From: Macrostomum lignano
Lineage: Eukaryota
DNA length: 64,000 nucleotides
Assembly (NCBI GenBank): GCA_002269645.1
Contig: NIVC01003655.1
Span: 1 to 64,000, forward strand
Reading direction: 5' to 3'
Shown: positions 50,901-61,616 of the stretch, piece by piece
Position numbering within the stretch: position 1 is the stretch's first letter
Layout of the letters: the number at the start of each line of letters is the position of its first letter
Notes under the pieces: model-generated
What the model saw: the letters and a program-made list of their open reading frames with translations, nothing else
What the model was told of the DNA's origin: nothing
Database searches by the model: none
Translations under genes and position numbers: made by a program

Positions 50901-52056
50901 TATTTCCTCTTGCAACGCGCAATCATGTAGCCTTTCTCTTTAGCGGTTTGAAGCCGCAGGTGCGGCAGCAGCAGCCTTTTGGATACATTTTTAGCCCTAA
51001 TCTTTTACAGTAATGTTTCTGCGTGCCTACCTGTAGGCTCCAGCGGCTTGCCCCAAACTCGTCCCTGTCGACCACCTGTAGCGATTTCCTGACCGGTTAG
51101 TTGATAAGCCTGCAGAGAAGATTATGACGAGAAGGGAGTCGTTGTCCTGCAAAAAATTCACAAGTTGATCTGGGATTACGGTTCCCTTGCTTTTTCATAA
51201 ATAATTTCTCGCTTGCCTCGGTCTAAGCAACTAATGCGATAAATCGAGATCAATAGAACACGTTGTCAAAGACTGCAATTTTTTTAATCTAGTAAAAGCT
51301 TGATCATCTATAGTGCAGGCAGTCACCTAGCTGGGATTATGAGCTATAGCAGGCTCAGTTTTGACTCAATAGATAAGACCACGAATCCGTTGACCAATCA
51401 ATTTATAGCTGCAGCAGCTCTGCAAACTGATGGAGCACCGCCGCATCCCCTCGGAGGGCTCGGAGGGCGGCGGTAGCAGAGCTCGCCGTCAGACTCGCAG
51501 CAGGTGCAGTCCCACTCCGCAAAACTTCGACGACCACGACGACCTGGAAGGAAGAGCGGCCTCTACATCCGGTCGCATCAATGACGTGGCCACTGACGCA
51601 GTTGCGGAGACAACAACGGTGGAGAAGATGGCAGCGAAAGTCTCTGATGAGGCGTCCGAGTTGCAGCATCGCCTCAGCGAGATTCAGGCGCGCCTTCAAG
51701 ACCCGGACGCGGCGGCATCAACGGAGGATTGGGCGGCCACGCGACGTCGCCTGCAGGCGGAGTTCAACCGCATCCTTGGCGAACTTCGCCGGCTCCGAGT
51801 CGACCTCGGCGAGGCGGATTTTGACGAGATTCTGTCTGATTCGGATGAAGAACCGAGGGCGCGGCAGCAGCAGCAGCGTCCGGCCACCGCCTTGACCTCC
51901 TCGTGTCCAGAGGCAGCTCAGAAGAGAACACTGTGCAGAACTCACAGCGCAGGAGGCATTGCCAATGGTGCTCATCAACCCGAGCAAGGTGAGGGAGTGA
52001 CGAACCTCACGGTCATCACCAGTCGACACTTGGAGCCATGGGAGTACGAGGTTTAG
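44933..52056 (+). CDS. WS/DGAT (wax ester synthase/diacylglycerol acyltransferase)-family protein, 4 exons, ~872 aa, N-terminal TM helix, degenerate catalytic motif
   Basis: Exons 44933-45391, 45934-46827, 49621-50238 and 51409-52056, all phase 0 GT-AG (2619 nt). Motifs: RPLWEVH...VYRQHPCLADW, VKQITKNTYHELFLTLLSGALRSY, SLPGP, GLSVAFVTWAGRLSISL. The C-terminal exon starts LQQLCKLMEHRRIP and contains a coiled-coil-like stretch. Confidence 0.8.
45405..45912. repeat. 37-bp minisatellite filling WS/DGAT intron 1
   Basis: Unit gtgaatagattagcaatccattgtgttccttaatccc. Confidence 0.93.
47200..48110. repeat. 19-bp pyrimidine-rich minisatellite in WS/DGAT intron 2
   Basis: Unit ccgatcctcaccctccttc. Confidence 0.95.
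48530..49598. repeat. 23-bp minisatellite at the 3' end of WS/DGAT intron 2
   Basis: Unit gtgagcagtctctaatccat(gct/agt). Confidence 0.95.
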
Positions 52057-52916
52057 CGCCTGCTTGAAGCTGAGGTCCGGCCTCCCCCTCTGCAGACCAG
52101 CCCGCATTGCTTGCCTCTCTGTTTGAGCACATTTGAGTCGCTGCTTTCGCTTATCGTATGCCCTACACCTGCTTTGAAATCTTAATTTAGAGTGCAGTAG
52201 GCTCGTAAGTAAGAATTCCTGATGTTGGAACTTGCTCGTGGAGTTGTATCAGTGGCAGTGTTGTGTACACCCGTCCAATTTCCAAAACAAGTTGTTTTTT
52301 TGTTCGAATTAGGCTTCTTTGCGAACGCTTAAAGTAGTTTTATTGTGTCTGCTTTCTCAATAATCTATCTAGTCTTGTTGTTGTGAATCAGGTGTTTTTA
52401 TCAGTATTCGATTCTTGGCTGTGCCCCCCCATCCTCGTATTCTGCTAGATCTGCTGCGTAGCTAGTGAAGATTGGCAATTTTGTTCATTTGTACCGATCC
52501 TTATCTTTGTATAACGGTGCAAAAGAGACAATAATAAAGCGGCTATTTTCTTCTTTTTTATCGTAAGTCTCTGTACGCGTGAGCTTAGGCGAGCCCAAGT
52601 CTGAGTTAGTTTAATAGCGCACTTAATTTTAGATGCTTGAGATTATTATCCTCGAGTGATTTAAATTTAGGTTTAATGCTTAATAATATAAAACAATAAC
52701 AATACATTTGCATAGAAGGGCATTCCAATGGAAAACAAGACTGTTTGTTACACGAGGTACTTTGCAAAAGAATCTATTGTAACCCTTCATTTTTCTTCTT
52801 TCAAATCTGAAGCATGTTATGTAATATACTTCGAAGAATATAGTATAGTATTCTATGAGACACCCGGCTAGGGTTTAATATACGAAGTACAAGCTGCCTA
52901 GTGAGGGGACTCAGGA

Positions 52917-53250
52917 GGGGGTAATAGCGTAGTGGTCTGGCGTGGCGCTCTTATGAGCCAGCAGCCCAGGCTCGATTCCCAAGTTCAGTCGTATTAATTT
53001 GGGGCTGGATTGGAATCTCGGCTTGGCTCTGCTCGTGCAATTAACGGCCTTGAGGGCCAACCACCAAGGCACACAGAAGTGTACGTGCCTAACGATTAGA
53101 AAGTCAAGGGCCGCTGTACACTCCTGTGTGAGTGTGTGCCTGTGCGTATGACTGCGTACGTATCCGCACGCTTGTGTGCCTGCTCAGGGGAGTCGGCGGA
53201 ATGGGCAGTAATGCCTCTCGCCGGTTGTGTGCCTATGTCGCTTAAAGTTA
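52917..53250 (+). mobile_element. tRNA-derived SINE, copy 2
   Basis: A-box TAGCGTAGTGG and B-box GGCTCGATTCC. Shares ggaatctcg.cttggctctgctcg, ccttgagggccaacc and gggagtcgg.ggaatgggcag.aatgcctctcgccggttgtg with copy 1. Confidence 0.8.
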
Positions 53251-53324
53251 AAGCAAACTAGCAACTAGCAGAGCTACAGAAAGGCCTTGACAATGCAGCT
53301 GAATTGTCAGAATCCAAAGCTAAC

Positions 53325-54190
53325 TTGCTATCTGGGGGATTCTTGCTATCTGGGGATTCTTGCTATCTGGGGGATTCTTGCTATCTGGGGATTCTTGCTA
53401 TCTGGGGGATTCTTGCTATCTGGGGGATGCTTGCTATCTGGGGGATTCTTGCTATCTGGGGGATTCTTGCTATCTGGGGATTCTTGCTATCTGGGGGATT
53501 CTTGCTATCTGGGGGATTCTTGCTATCTGGGGGATTCTTGCTATCTGGGGGATTCTTGCTATCTGGGGGATTCTTGCTATCTGGGGGATTCTTGCTATCT
53601 GGGGGATTCTTGCTATCTGGGGGATTCTTGCTATCTGGGGGATTCTTGCTATCTGGGGGATTCTTGCTATCTGGGGGATTCTTGCTATCTGGGGGATTCT
53701 TGCTATCTGGGGGATTCTTGCTATCTGGGGGATTCTTGCTATCTGGGGGATTCTTGCTATCTGGGGGATTCTTGCTATCTGGGGGATTCTTGCTATCTGG
53801 GGGATTCTTGCTATCTGGGGGATTCTTGCTATCTGGGGATGCTTGCTATCTGGGGATTCTTGCTATCTGGGGGATGCTTGCTATCTGGGGGATTCTTGCT
53901 ATCTGGGGGATTCTTGCTATCTGGGGATTCTTGCTATCTGGGGGATGCTTGCTATCTGGGGGATGCTTGCTATCTGGGGGATTCTTGCTATCTGGGGGAT
54001 TCTTGCTATCTGGGGGATGCTTGCTATCTGGGGATACTTGCTATCTGAGGGATGCTAGCTATTTGGGGGATTCTTGCTATCTGGGGGATGCTTGCTATCT
54101 GGGGGATTCTTGCTATCTGGGGGATTCTTGCTATCTGCGGGGGGGATGATTGCTATCTGCTATCTGGAGGGATGCTTGCTGTCTGGGGGA
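53325..54190. repeat. 18-bp minisatellite
   Basis: Unit ttcttgctatctggggga. Confidence 0.95.
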
Positions 54191-55291
54191 TGTTTTCTAT
54201 TTAGGGGGAATGCCTCCTATCTTTGTGAAGACTTCATTTCGTTGTGTCCTTTTGTTACTTTTAGAAAAAGAGATTAATATCAAATGCCTTTGTGCGTGAC
54301 AATTTTACTCGAAAACGGTGATTTATAAAACTGAAGACGGAATTTGTTCTTAAGGAATCGCATAAATAACTTTTGCTCTTTGCTTATTGGCCGCCCCCAA
54401 AGGGGGGCACTAGATTGCTAGTCACAAACTGAGGTTAAACATTCAGCATTCAAAGTCGCTCAGTTGTGACGCGAACCACAAAAGGGAGAAAGCATGCAGG
54501 CTGTTACTACGGGCCAACTAGTTGAATGAGTTCATGAGGGGAAATTCCTGGGATTTCATCTAATATACAATGCCCAAAAAGAATTATTTTGTACCTGGCC
54601 TCGCTAGAAAATCGCTCAGACTCCATCATCTCGAGACTAGCTAGGGACCCAGTTTACAGTTTAATTTACGAGCTGCACTGCCTCACTGAAGAGTGAGTTT
54701 GGTCAATGAAATATACCCTGAAAAATACTGATTTCCCATGAATCTTTGACCTAACAGAAGTCCAAAAAAGCTATCCTTGAAATCATATCGCATTGTCTGC
54801 ATAGCGTACATGTGTGCTAATTAGTACAGTGATTTTTTGTACCAGGTGGGTACTACAAGAAGGACTTGAAGCTTAGAGAAGAACATGGCGACTATCCTGC
54901 ACCTATGAAATGACTAAAACTAGATAGGATTTATATTTCTCTTCTTTCTCAGTTACTTTTGGTTCATAAGTGCTTTTTTACCTGCCCATACCTGGCTAAA
55001 ATAGCTATACACCTGGAAATTGTGCTGAATTCACTCCAGGGCGCGTCTCTTCAACCCTAATCCTTTTAACAGCGTATTTACAAGCTTGTGGCTCAAACTA
55101 AATTGAATTTATTACACCATTTTACCTCCTAACTTCAATTCAAACATTTAAACAAATAACAGCCCTTGCGAAACTTCAATTCAAACAAAGTCCCTTTCTA
55201 TTGAAACAGAAGAACTTCAATTCAGACTGTCTGTGGCCAAAATTGTCCCCGAATGACGCGCATGCGCAGATTTGAAATATAATCATGGATG

Positions 55292-55988
55292 CAAGGACGA
55301 CTAAGTAGAAGGACGGGAAACCTCGTTTCTTAGAAAAGTTTTGAAGGCACTTTTTCCCGAAAAAATACACTACGGAGATAGGAAATTTTCATTTTTTCAG
55401 CACAAAAATTGTTATTGCGTTTGATAGGAGGCAGATCCAGTGTTCATATTTTGATATGTTGTGCCTTTTTTATTGCTCTATCGATATTTATAAAGCTTTT
55501 CGTTCAGGAAATTAGGATTCTATGTTAATGTTTTATTCTTCGTATATTTTCGCGTGTCTTGTGCTTGAAATACATTAGAATGCCACGGCTTGGCTCTTTA
55601 GCTTCATGAGTCTATTTTGTCATTCTTACCCGACTGTGTAGCAAATATTTGTAACAGAGATGATAAAATAGGTTCATAAAACCAAATATTGGAGCTGTGT
55701 CATGCATTTTTGTGATTTTTAGATACAGGAAATGTACGTAGAATCAAAAATTAACATAGAATCCTAGTTTTCTGAACGAAAAGCTTTATAAATATCGATA
55801 GAGCAATAAGAAAGGCACAACATATCAAAAGATGAACACTGGATCTGCCTCCTATCAAACGCAATAACAATTTTTGTGCTGAAAAAATGAAAACTTCCTA
55901 TCTCCGTAGTGTATTTTTTCGGGAAAAAGTGCCTTCAAAACTTTTCCAAGAAACGAGGTTTCCCGTCCTTCTACTTAAGTCGTCCTTG
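55292..55988. mobile_element. hAT-type MITE, 697 bp, ~240-bp TIRs, 8-bp TSD
   Basis: Starts caaggacgac and ends gtcgtccttg. Flanked by identical catggatg (55284-55291 and 55989-55996). Confidence 0.88.
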
Positions 55989-56164
55989 CATGGATGTTTA
56001 ATGCGCATTCTAGGGTTAGAAAGTCCGAGGCAGCATTTGATGGTCTCGAGGCGAGCGAAGCGAGCGAAGCAACCAGAGACAAATTTTCCATACATTTAAG
56101 ACAGTACTAGCTAGACGAAATCCGAATTACTTTCTTTCGTAGCTTTCTCTTGAACCACACCGCG

Positions 56165-57521
56165 ATGGAAGAAGAATTTGATAGCAACAACTTTTTTAAT
56201 TTTTTCGATCAGGCCCCTGCTGGAAATGTAGTTCCGCCGCCCCTCGGAAACGCTAAAACACTGCCGACCAAACCTAGCTCTCCTTTCGGTGAGCTGCTTG
56301 ATGAGACCGCTTTGGAGCGCAGAATGCTACAGAGCTTACCTGAGTCTACACGAGCAAAAGAAAAGTGGGCGATGAATGTGTTCCGGACGTGGAAGGAGAA
56401 TCGTGTCCAACTGCAAATGCAAGGCCGTCTGTCAGGACTCGCGGTGATTAAGCCTGTCGAAGAGCTTACAAAGAATGAGATCAACGAACTGTTGCAATTC
56501 TTCGTTTTTGAGGTGAGGAAGGAGAATGGCGAAAAATATCCGCCGGGAACTCTGAAAAACTTGGTATCGATGATCCAACACTTATACGTGTATACAATGA
56601 AGCGCCAGATGTCCTATCTGGACGGACGCAGAATTTGCTAGCTCGCGACTGGCCTTGGACGCGGCAATGCGTGAGACTGCTAAAGCCGGGAACCTGAATG
56701 GCTCTCAAACTGCAGCACCGATTCCTGCCACAGAGGAAGCCACTCTCTGGGAGCGAGGAGTTCTTGGAGACAGCACACCAAAGACGCTCGTTTTTACAGT
56801 GATATTTTTAATTGGTAAAGTGTTTGGACTTCGTGGAGGACGCGAACTTTATCTCCTAGAGTATAACAAACAAATCCAACTGGCGACCGAGGGAGAAGAC
56901 GAGATTCTGACGTATGCCGAAACCACGGTGTCCAAAACACCACCGTGTGGCCTTATGACCTTCAATCGGCCTATCAAGCGTAACACGGTGTATCATACAC
57001 CAGGACACAATCGCTGTCTTGTTTGCTTTTACAAGCGCTACGTCAGCCTCCGCCCGACCGAATGCACAAAGCCGCAACTATTTTTGGCCTGGTACCGGAA
57101 TCCTGCATCTATTCAAGCTGGGAAGTGGTATCAGAATCAGGTACTAGGACGCCACACTATCGATTCAGTTGTGCGCAGCGTCACGGTGAGTCTGCCGGAG
57201 CCAACAAGTGGGAAGTACAGCAATCAGTCGCTCAGGAAGACTTGCGCCACAACGCTGCGTGACGAGGGCATGTCCAGGCCCGAAATCGCGAAAATTACTG
57301 GACACAGTTCAGCTGCCATAGAACGCTATATCGCTCCGTCTGCAAAGGTGGCTAGATTCGCTTCTAATGTTTTACAGGGTGCGTCTCCTGCAGCCGAATC
57401 TAATCCAGGCATGCATGTAAGTGAGCCTGTCGCTTCTGGAGATTCCAGCGCTTCTATTACTGACCACGGTGTCAAGTCTATCATCATTGATGGAGCTAAA
57501 ATCGAAATTCAGTTTAAGTGA
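56165..57521 (+). pseudogene. Crypton (CryptonA / DUF3504-like) tyrosine recombinase, one frameshift near 56613
   Basis: STRAKEKWAMNVFRTW, FVFEVRKENGEKYPPGTLKNL, then in the shifted frame WTDAEFASSRLALDAAM, LWERGVLGDSTPKTL, FGLRGGRE, WYQNQVLG, SNQSLRKTCAT and ITGHSS..IERY. Confidence 0.88.
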
Positions 57522-58069
57522 GTTTGTGAAACGTTTAATTTCAAACGTTTGTGCCTATTATTGAAAAAACGTAATATGTTTCCTATATAATCCTACCAAT
57601 TGTCTATACTTTGGCTAGAAAATTGTCTTTTTGTTGCTTCGTTATACAGTATATAATAACAGTTTTTTTGTTGCATCCAAGTACATTGTCTAGTTCTGTT
57701 TAGTCTATGGTTCAAACTTCTTTCTTTTGGGGCCATCAAATCATTTGATGTGCCTGGAATTATAGCACTTTAAACCATAGACTAGGCTTTCCTGGCTCAG
57801 AATGAGTCCAATAAATGTCAATAAAATAAGTAATCGGATTTTATTTGAAACAGAAGAACTTCAATTCAGACTGTCTGTGGCCAAAACTGTCCCCGAATGA
57901 CGCGCATGCGCAGATTTGAAATTCAAAAGAAACAAAGTCACATTCTATTCCGACAGAGATTTTTGCACATACATTTAGATACGAGAGTACATTTTTAGTA
58001 CATTAATCTAATTTTTTGTTTTTCCTGTACTGCATAACTGTACAATCGTTGCGCAATGCAATAAGAAAC

Positions 58070-58533
58070 GATATGAATGCTGAAGATCAGATTGAAGAAG
58101 ACGATGAATTGCTGGAAGAAGGGGGAATCGGTGAATTTGAAGCAGAATTCGATGAAGATATCATGGAACAACTGGCGCGCCAACTTGGAGTCAAGAGGTC
58201 GACAGCGTACACGATTGTGAGGTCAGGGAGAGCGGAAAAGCAGCCTACGAGATTCCGGACTCCATTCAGGTCAAGCGGCTTCCATTATACAGTCCATTTT
58301 TGAGTCCTGTGGAGAACTTAATCTCCTGTTGGAAGGTCGCTCTGAAGAGAGCAGACCAGCAAAATTTTATCGCTCCGACAGCTGAGCAGCACGGCAATCA
58401 GTCGATGGCGGCCTATCGGCGAGACATTCTGTACAGCATGGTGGACAGAACCATTGGCTGCATCTCTGTGGACAAGTGCACTGAGTGGTTCAACCATGTG
58501 TTTACATACGTCCCTCGCTGCGTTGGTGGATAG
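58070..58533 (+). pseudogene. internally deleted IS630/Tc1-like DDE transposase remnant
   Basis: HTH-like LARQLGVKRSTAYTIV, then after a frame change VKRLPLYSPFLSPVENLISCWK (DDE_3 LPxYSPxLNPIE motif). Confidence 0.75.
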
Positions 58534-59251
58534 GCAATTGATGGTCAGGTGTCTCAAGTTGGCCAACTGACACTGTCTTGTTTCTGTTTTTCATTTTACT
58601 CTTATGTTCGTCGATATGTTGTGTTTTATCCCTTTGTCGAAATAGAATGTGACTTTGTTTCTTTTGAATTTCAAATCTGCGCATGCGCGTCATTCGGGGA
58701 CAGTTTTGGCCACAGACAGTCTGAATTGAAGTTCGTCTGTTTCAATAGAAAGGGACTTTGTTTGAATTGAAGTTCTGCTTTTCTCTTTTGAACAAGACTT
58801 TGTTCAAAATAGGAGGTAAAATGGTGTATTTGCTTGCATACTGTTCTTTCGGTTTCCATAAGCTATTTGGCCCATTACATATCTCCAGATAATTTGGCAC
58901 TTATAGGTTTTCCTTGTAATGGTTTTTGGAGCAGTGCAGCAATTGGCTGGCACTGAAAATCAAAACCAAGTCAGTAACTATTACAGAAGGGAGTTAGTTA
59001 TCGCAAAAGACAGAAAAAATGAACAGAGCTCATTGGGCCTGTTTGCTGCAAATGACTACACAGGTAAAATAACTAGAGTCAAATAACTAGAATATTTGTT
59101 AAAACTAGTAAAATACTAACAAAACCAATCAACTGGTGAAATATCCTATGTAACCGGTCATTTAATTGACAGTAAGCTGTCAACAGTTTACTCGTTATCT
59201 TGGGTAGTAGTGACTTGCAAGTTGCAAGTTACAAGTTAAGGCATAGTTGGC

Positions 59252-61274
59252 TCAGATATGAAATGAATTGTAGTTGACAATAGCTTGCAGTAGACACGTG
59301 CTATATTGAGGATGATTAAGGGGGCGCTTATAGCGCTGCCAGGTGGCTTCGAAGTCACTGTGGGCTGATTCAACAGGCTGTTCACTGAAGCTGCCAAGCC
59401 CCTTGCCAAACTTACTGCAGAATGCTGGCACATGGTCAAAAAGCGCGTGCATCTTTGGCGTCACTGGAAGCTCGATGTACCTGCATGTTGTCTGGAAGCG
59501 AGCAATGTAGAGACTAAAGTCAGCTGCCAGACTTTGGCCAAAGCAAGCTTCGCGCACAGCATTGAAGTCATGAAGTGCAGTTGCGTAGAGCTTTAGGTGT
59601 GCAGGCAGCACGCTCCACAGCTCACCCGCCTTCATGAGGAGCTTCTTTCATGCTGGGCCCTCCAGGCAACCTCCGTGGTACTGCTGCCGGCAGATGCCGG
59701 CTTCTTAGGCCCACTCGTAGGCCAATTGCCTCCCCAGCTTGCATTGAGAGCATCAAGCAGCCGGTTTACAATGCCAAGCATCATGTGCAACTCTGGTGGT
59801 GGTACCAGGTCTAGCAGTTCAGCAGAGTCGCCCCCAGGTAGCAGTGGAGGCTGGACGCAGTTGGCAAAGTTTTTGGCTAGAGGCTGGTGTCCACCAGCTG
59901 CCTGAAACTCACCTGCAAGGCGTCGAATTGAGCCGAGCGTCCACCTTTGTGCTGGCACTTCCCATGGCGGCCTGCCCTCACAGTACCGGCAGGGATGCGA
60001 TGAAGAGTGGCTCTGGATCCCGCAATAATGTTGGCAAGTTTAAAATCGCAGGCTAACGTGAAGTTGATGGAGGTAATGTCGATGGTTGACATTAGTACAC
60101 TAACGTTCTGATGGTAGCATTGTCTGACATCCTCAACAAGGGCCAGGATGAGGATCTTTTTCACTCCTGAAGTCCATAAATCGGTTGAATTGGGAAGACG
60201 AAGTGCATCCTCTGCCATCCACGGTAACACTGACGCACACCTCTAAAGAGTTGCAAGTTTCACTCTCTGGTGTATCTCAGCAGTGCCTCTCGAGTTACTG
60301 ACGTGCGCCAGAAAAGCATTTGCATCCCGGCAGAACACGACAGACCGTTCGATCACACTCTCTTGCCCATTGGGTTGTTTGCAGAAAAACTGCAGCCGCT
60401 CAGTTGCAAAAAACTTGGCAGCAGTCTGACCTTCAGCAAACAGAAACTCCTTCAGCCCAGGCTGCACGGCCTTTTTGCTTCCGGACGTTTCTCTGATCAC
60501 CTGAGCCGCACGTAGCGTCTGGCTGGTGCTGAGGTTCAGTGCAGTCTTCATGGCCCGCATTGTGCTATGTTGCAGCGATGCAATCTCAGTAGTTGATGTA
60601 CCAGCCACTTGAACTTGGAGTGGGCGTCCACCTGTACCAGAAGTCAAGCTTACAGTTGCTAAGGAGTCAGAAGAGGTGGCTGCACCCAGCTTCTCACACA
60701 GAAGACCGCAGGCTACGTGCTCCCTTGAGTTTGGGCTTAGGGCATCAAGATAGCGCAGCTTTGCCGCCTGTCCACACTCGTGCCTCAATCCACACGCCAC
60801 TGGCGATGAGCACGTCTCACAGCGTTTGACAACACTGTCTCCCATCGGCCCAGGTGCATTATTTGGAGGGCGACCAAGTGGCGTCATGATTCCTGCTGTA
60901 GACTTAGCTGGCATGAAGGGGTGATACACTGCCACATTCTTGTTGGCCCTGTTGGATCCCACATGGCACATCCAGCAGTTGCACTCGGGGAATTTGCGAG
61001 TGAGTGGTGGAAGATCGCGCAGATCTGCAATAACTTGCTCGTAGGGCATTCTTGGTGGCAGAGGTGTTGGTGCAGGGCTGTTTTGCGACATCAGCTTGAT
61101 TCTGCAAGAATAGCAGATACTGGAAGGCAGAAATCCTCGACGGTCAGCGAAGCCTGGCAGCACATGGCATTCAACCAGCGCTTCTAGAGTGGCGGTCAGC
61201 GGTCGGTCCCCCTTCCGAAAGCACAAGATGCACACACATCGGTTTTCTTCGTGGGAGCGCTTATTGTTTGGCAT
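59252..61274 (-). pseudogene. Chapaev-like transposase pseudogene (several frameshifts)
   Basis: N-terminal zinc finger H..R.VCILC...LPSSICYSCR. Core motifs SGVKK, LACDFKLANI, HPCRYC, PPPELHMMLG, YHGG, TPKMHALFDHV and SEQPVESAH. The region expected to hold the first catalytic Asp (LGIDGG-like) appears deleted near 60250. Confidence 0.75.
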
Positions 61275-61432
61275 GGTTTAATTTCTGTACGTTTACAGAT
61301 TAAAAGATGGCAGCTACTGCTCACTATCTATTTTTCTTTTCTATCTGAAGATAACACAGGAATTAACTTGCCCTCCTTGTCCTATAAGTGCCAAATTATC
61401 TGGAGATATGTCTATGGGCCAAATAGCTTATG

Positions 61433-61616
61433 TATCAGATTAAACATGAGCCTGAGGCCTGAGGCCCTCGTGATTTATACAAATAACTCCCTCAAAAGGC
61501 ATGTGTAATCTCGTATAAACCATAGACATAAAGACTTTACGGAATATTATTGAATATTACCAAATAAAATCCCGGAGAACGCAAATATTGTCACGGAAAG
61601 TCTTTATTTCTATGGA
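61433..61616. other. 184-bp segment present in only one TIR copy, bounded by TTATG repeats, containing a CCATAGA-terminated inverted repeat
   Basis: ttatg at 61428-61432 and 61617-61621. Internal IR ccatagacataaagactttacgg ... cggaaagtctttatttctatgg. Confidence 0.55.

Larger units (their letters stand above)
55115..58826 (+). mobile_element. IS630/Tc1-like TIR element inserted at TA within the Chapaev-like TIR
   Basis: Ends TA|caccattttacctcct ... aggaggtaaaatggtg|TA. The opposite TIR shows the empty site (gaatttaaTAtttgc). A ~110-bp subterminal IR and repeated aacttcaattca motifs are present. Confidence 0.8.

Noticed and set aside
27833-52056. PLD plus WS/DGAT as a lipid-metabolism gene cluster
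   Set aside because: Two neighbouring genes are not evidence of co-regulation in an animal genome. Conserved synteny or co-expression would be needed.
14200-54190. Tandem arrays as CRISPR arrays
   Set aside because: There are no unique spacers and no cas genes; units are head-to-tail in a eukaryotic context.
54388-54415. Hairpin gcccccaaaggggggc followed by CTAG as a Helitron 3' end
   Set aside because: No matching 5' end or subTIR could be found upstream; a single short motif is insufficient.
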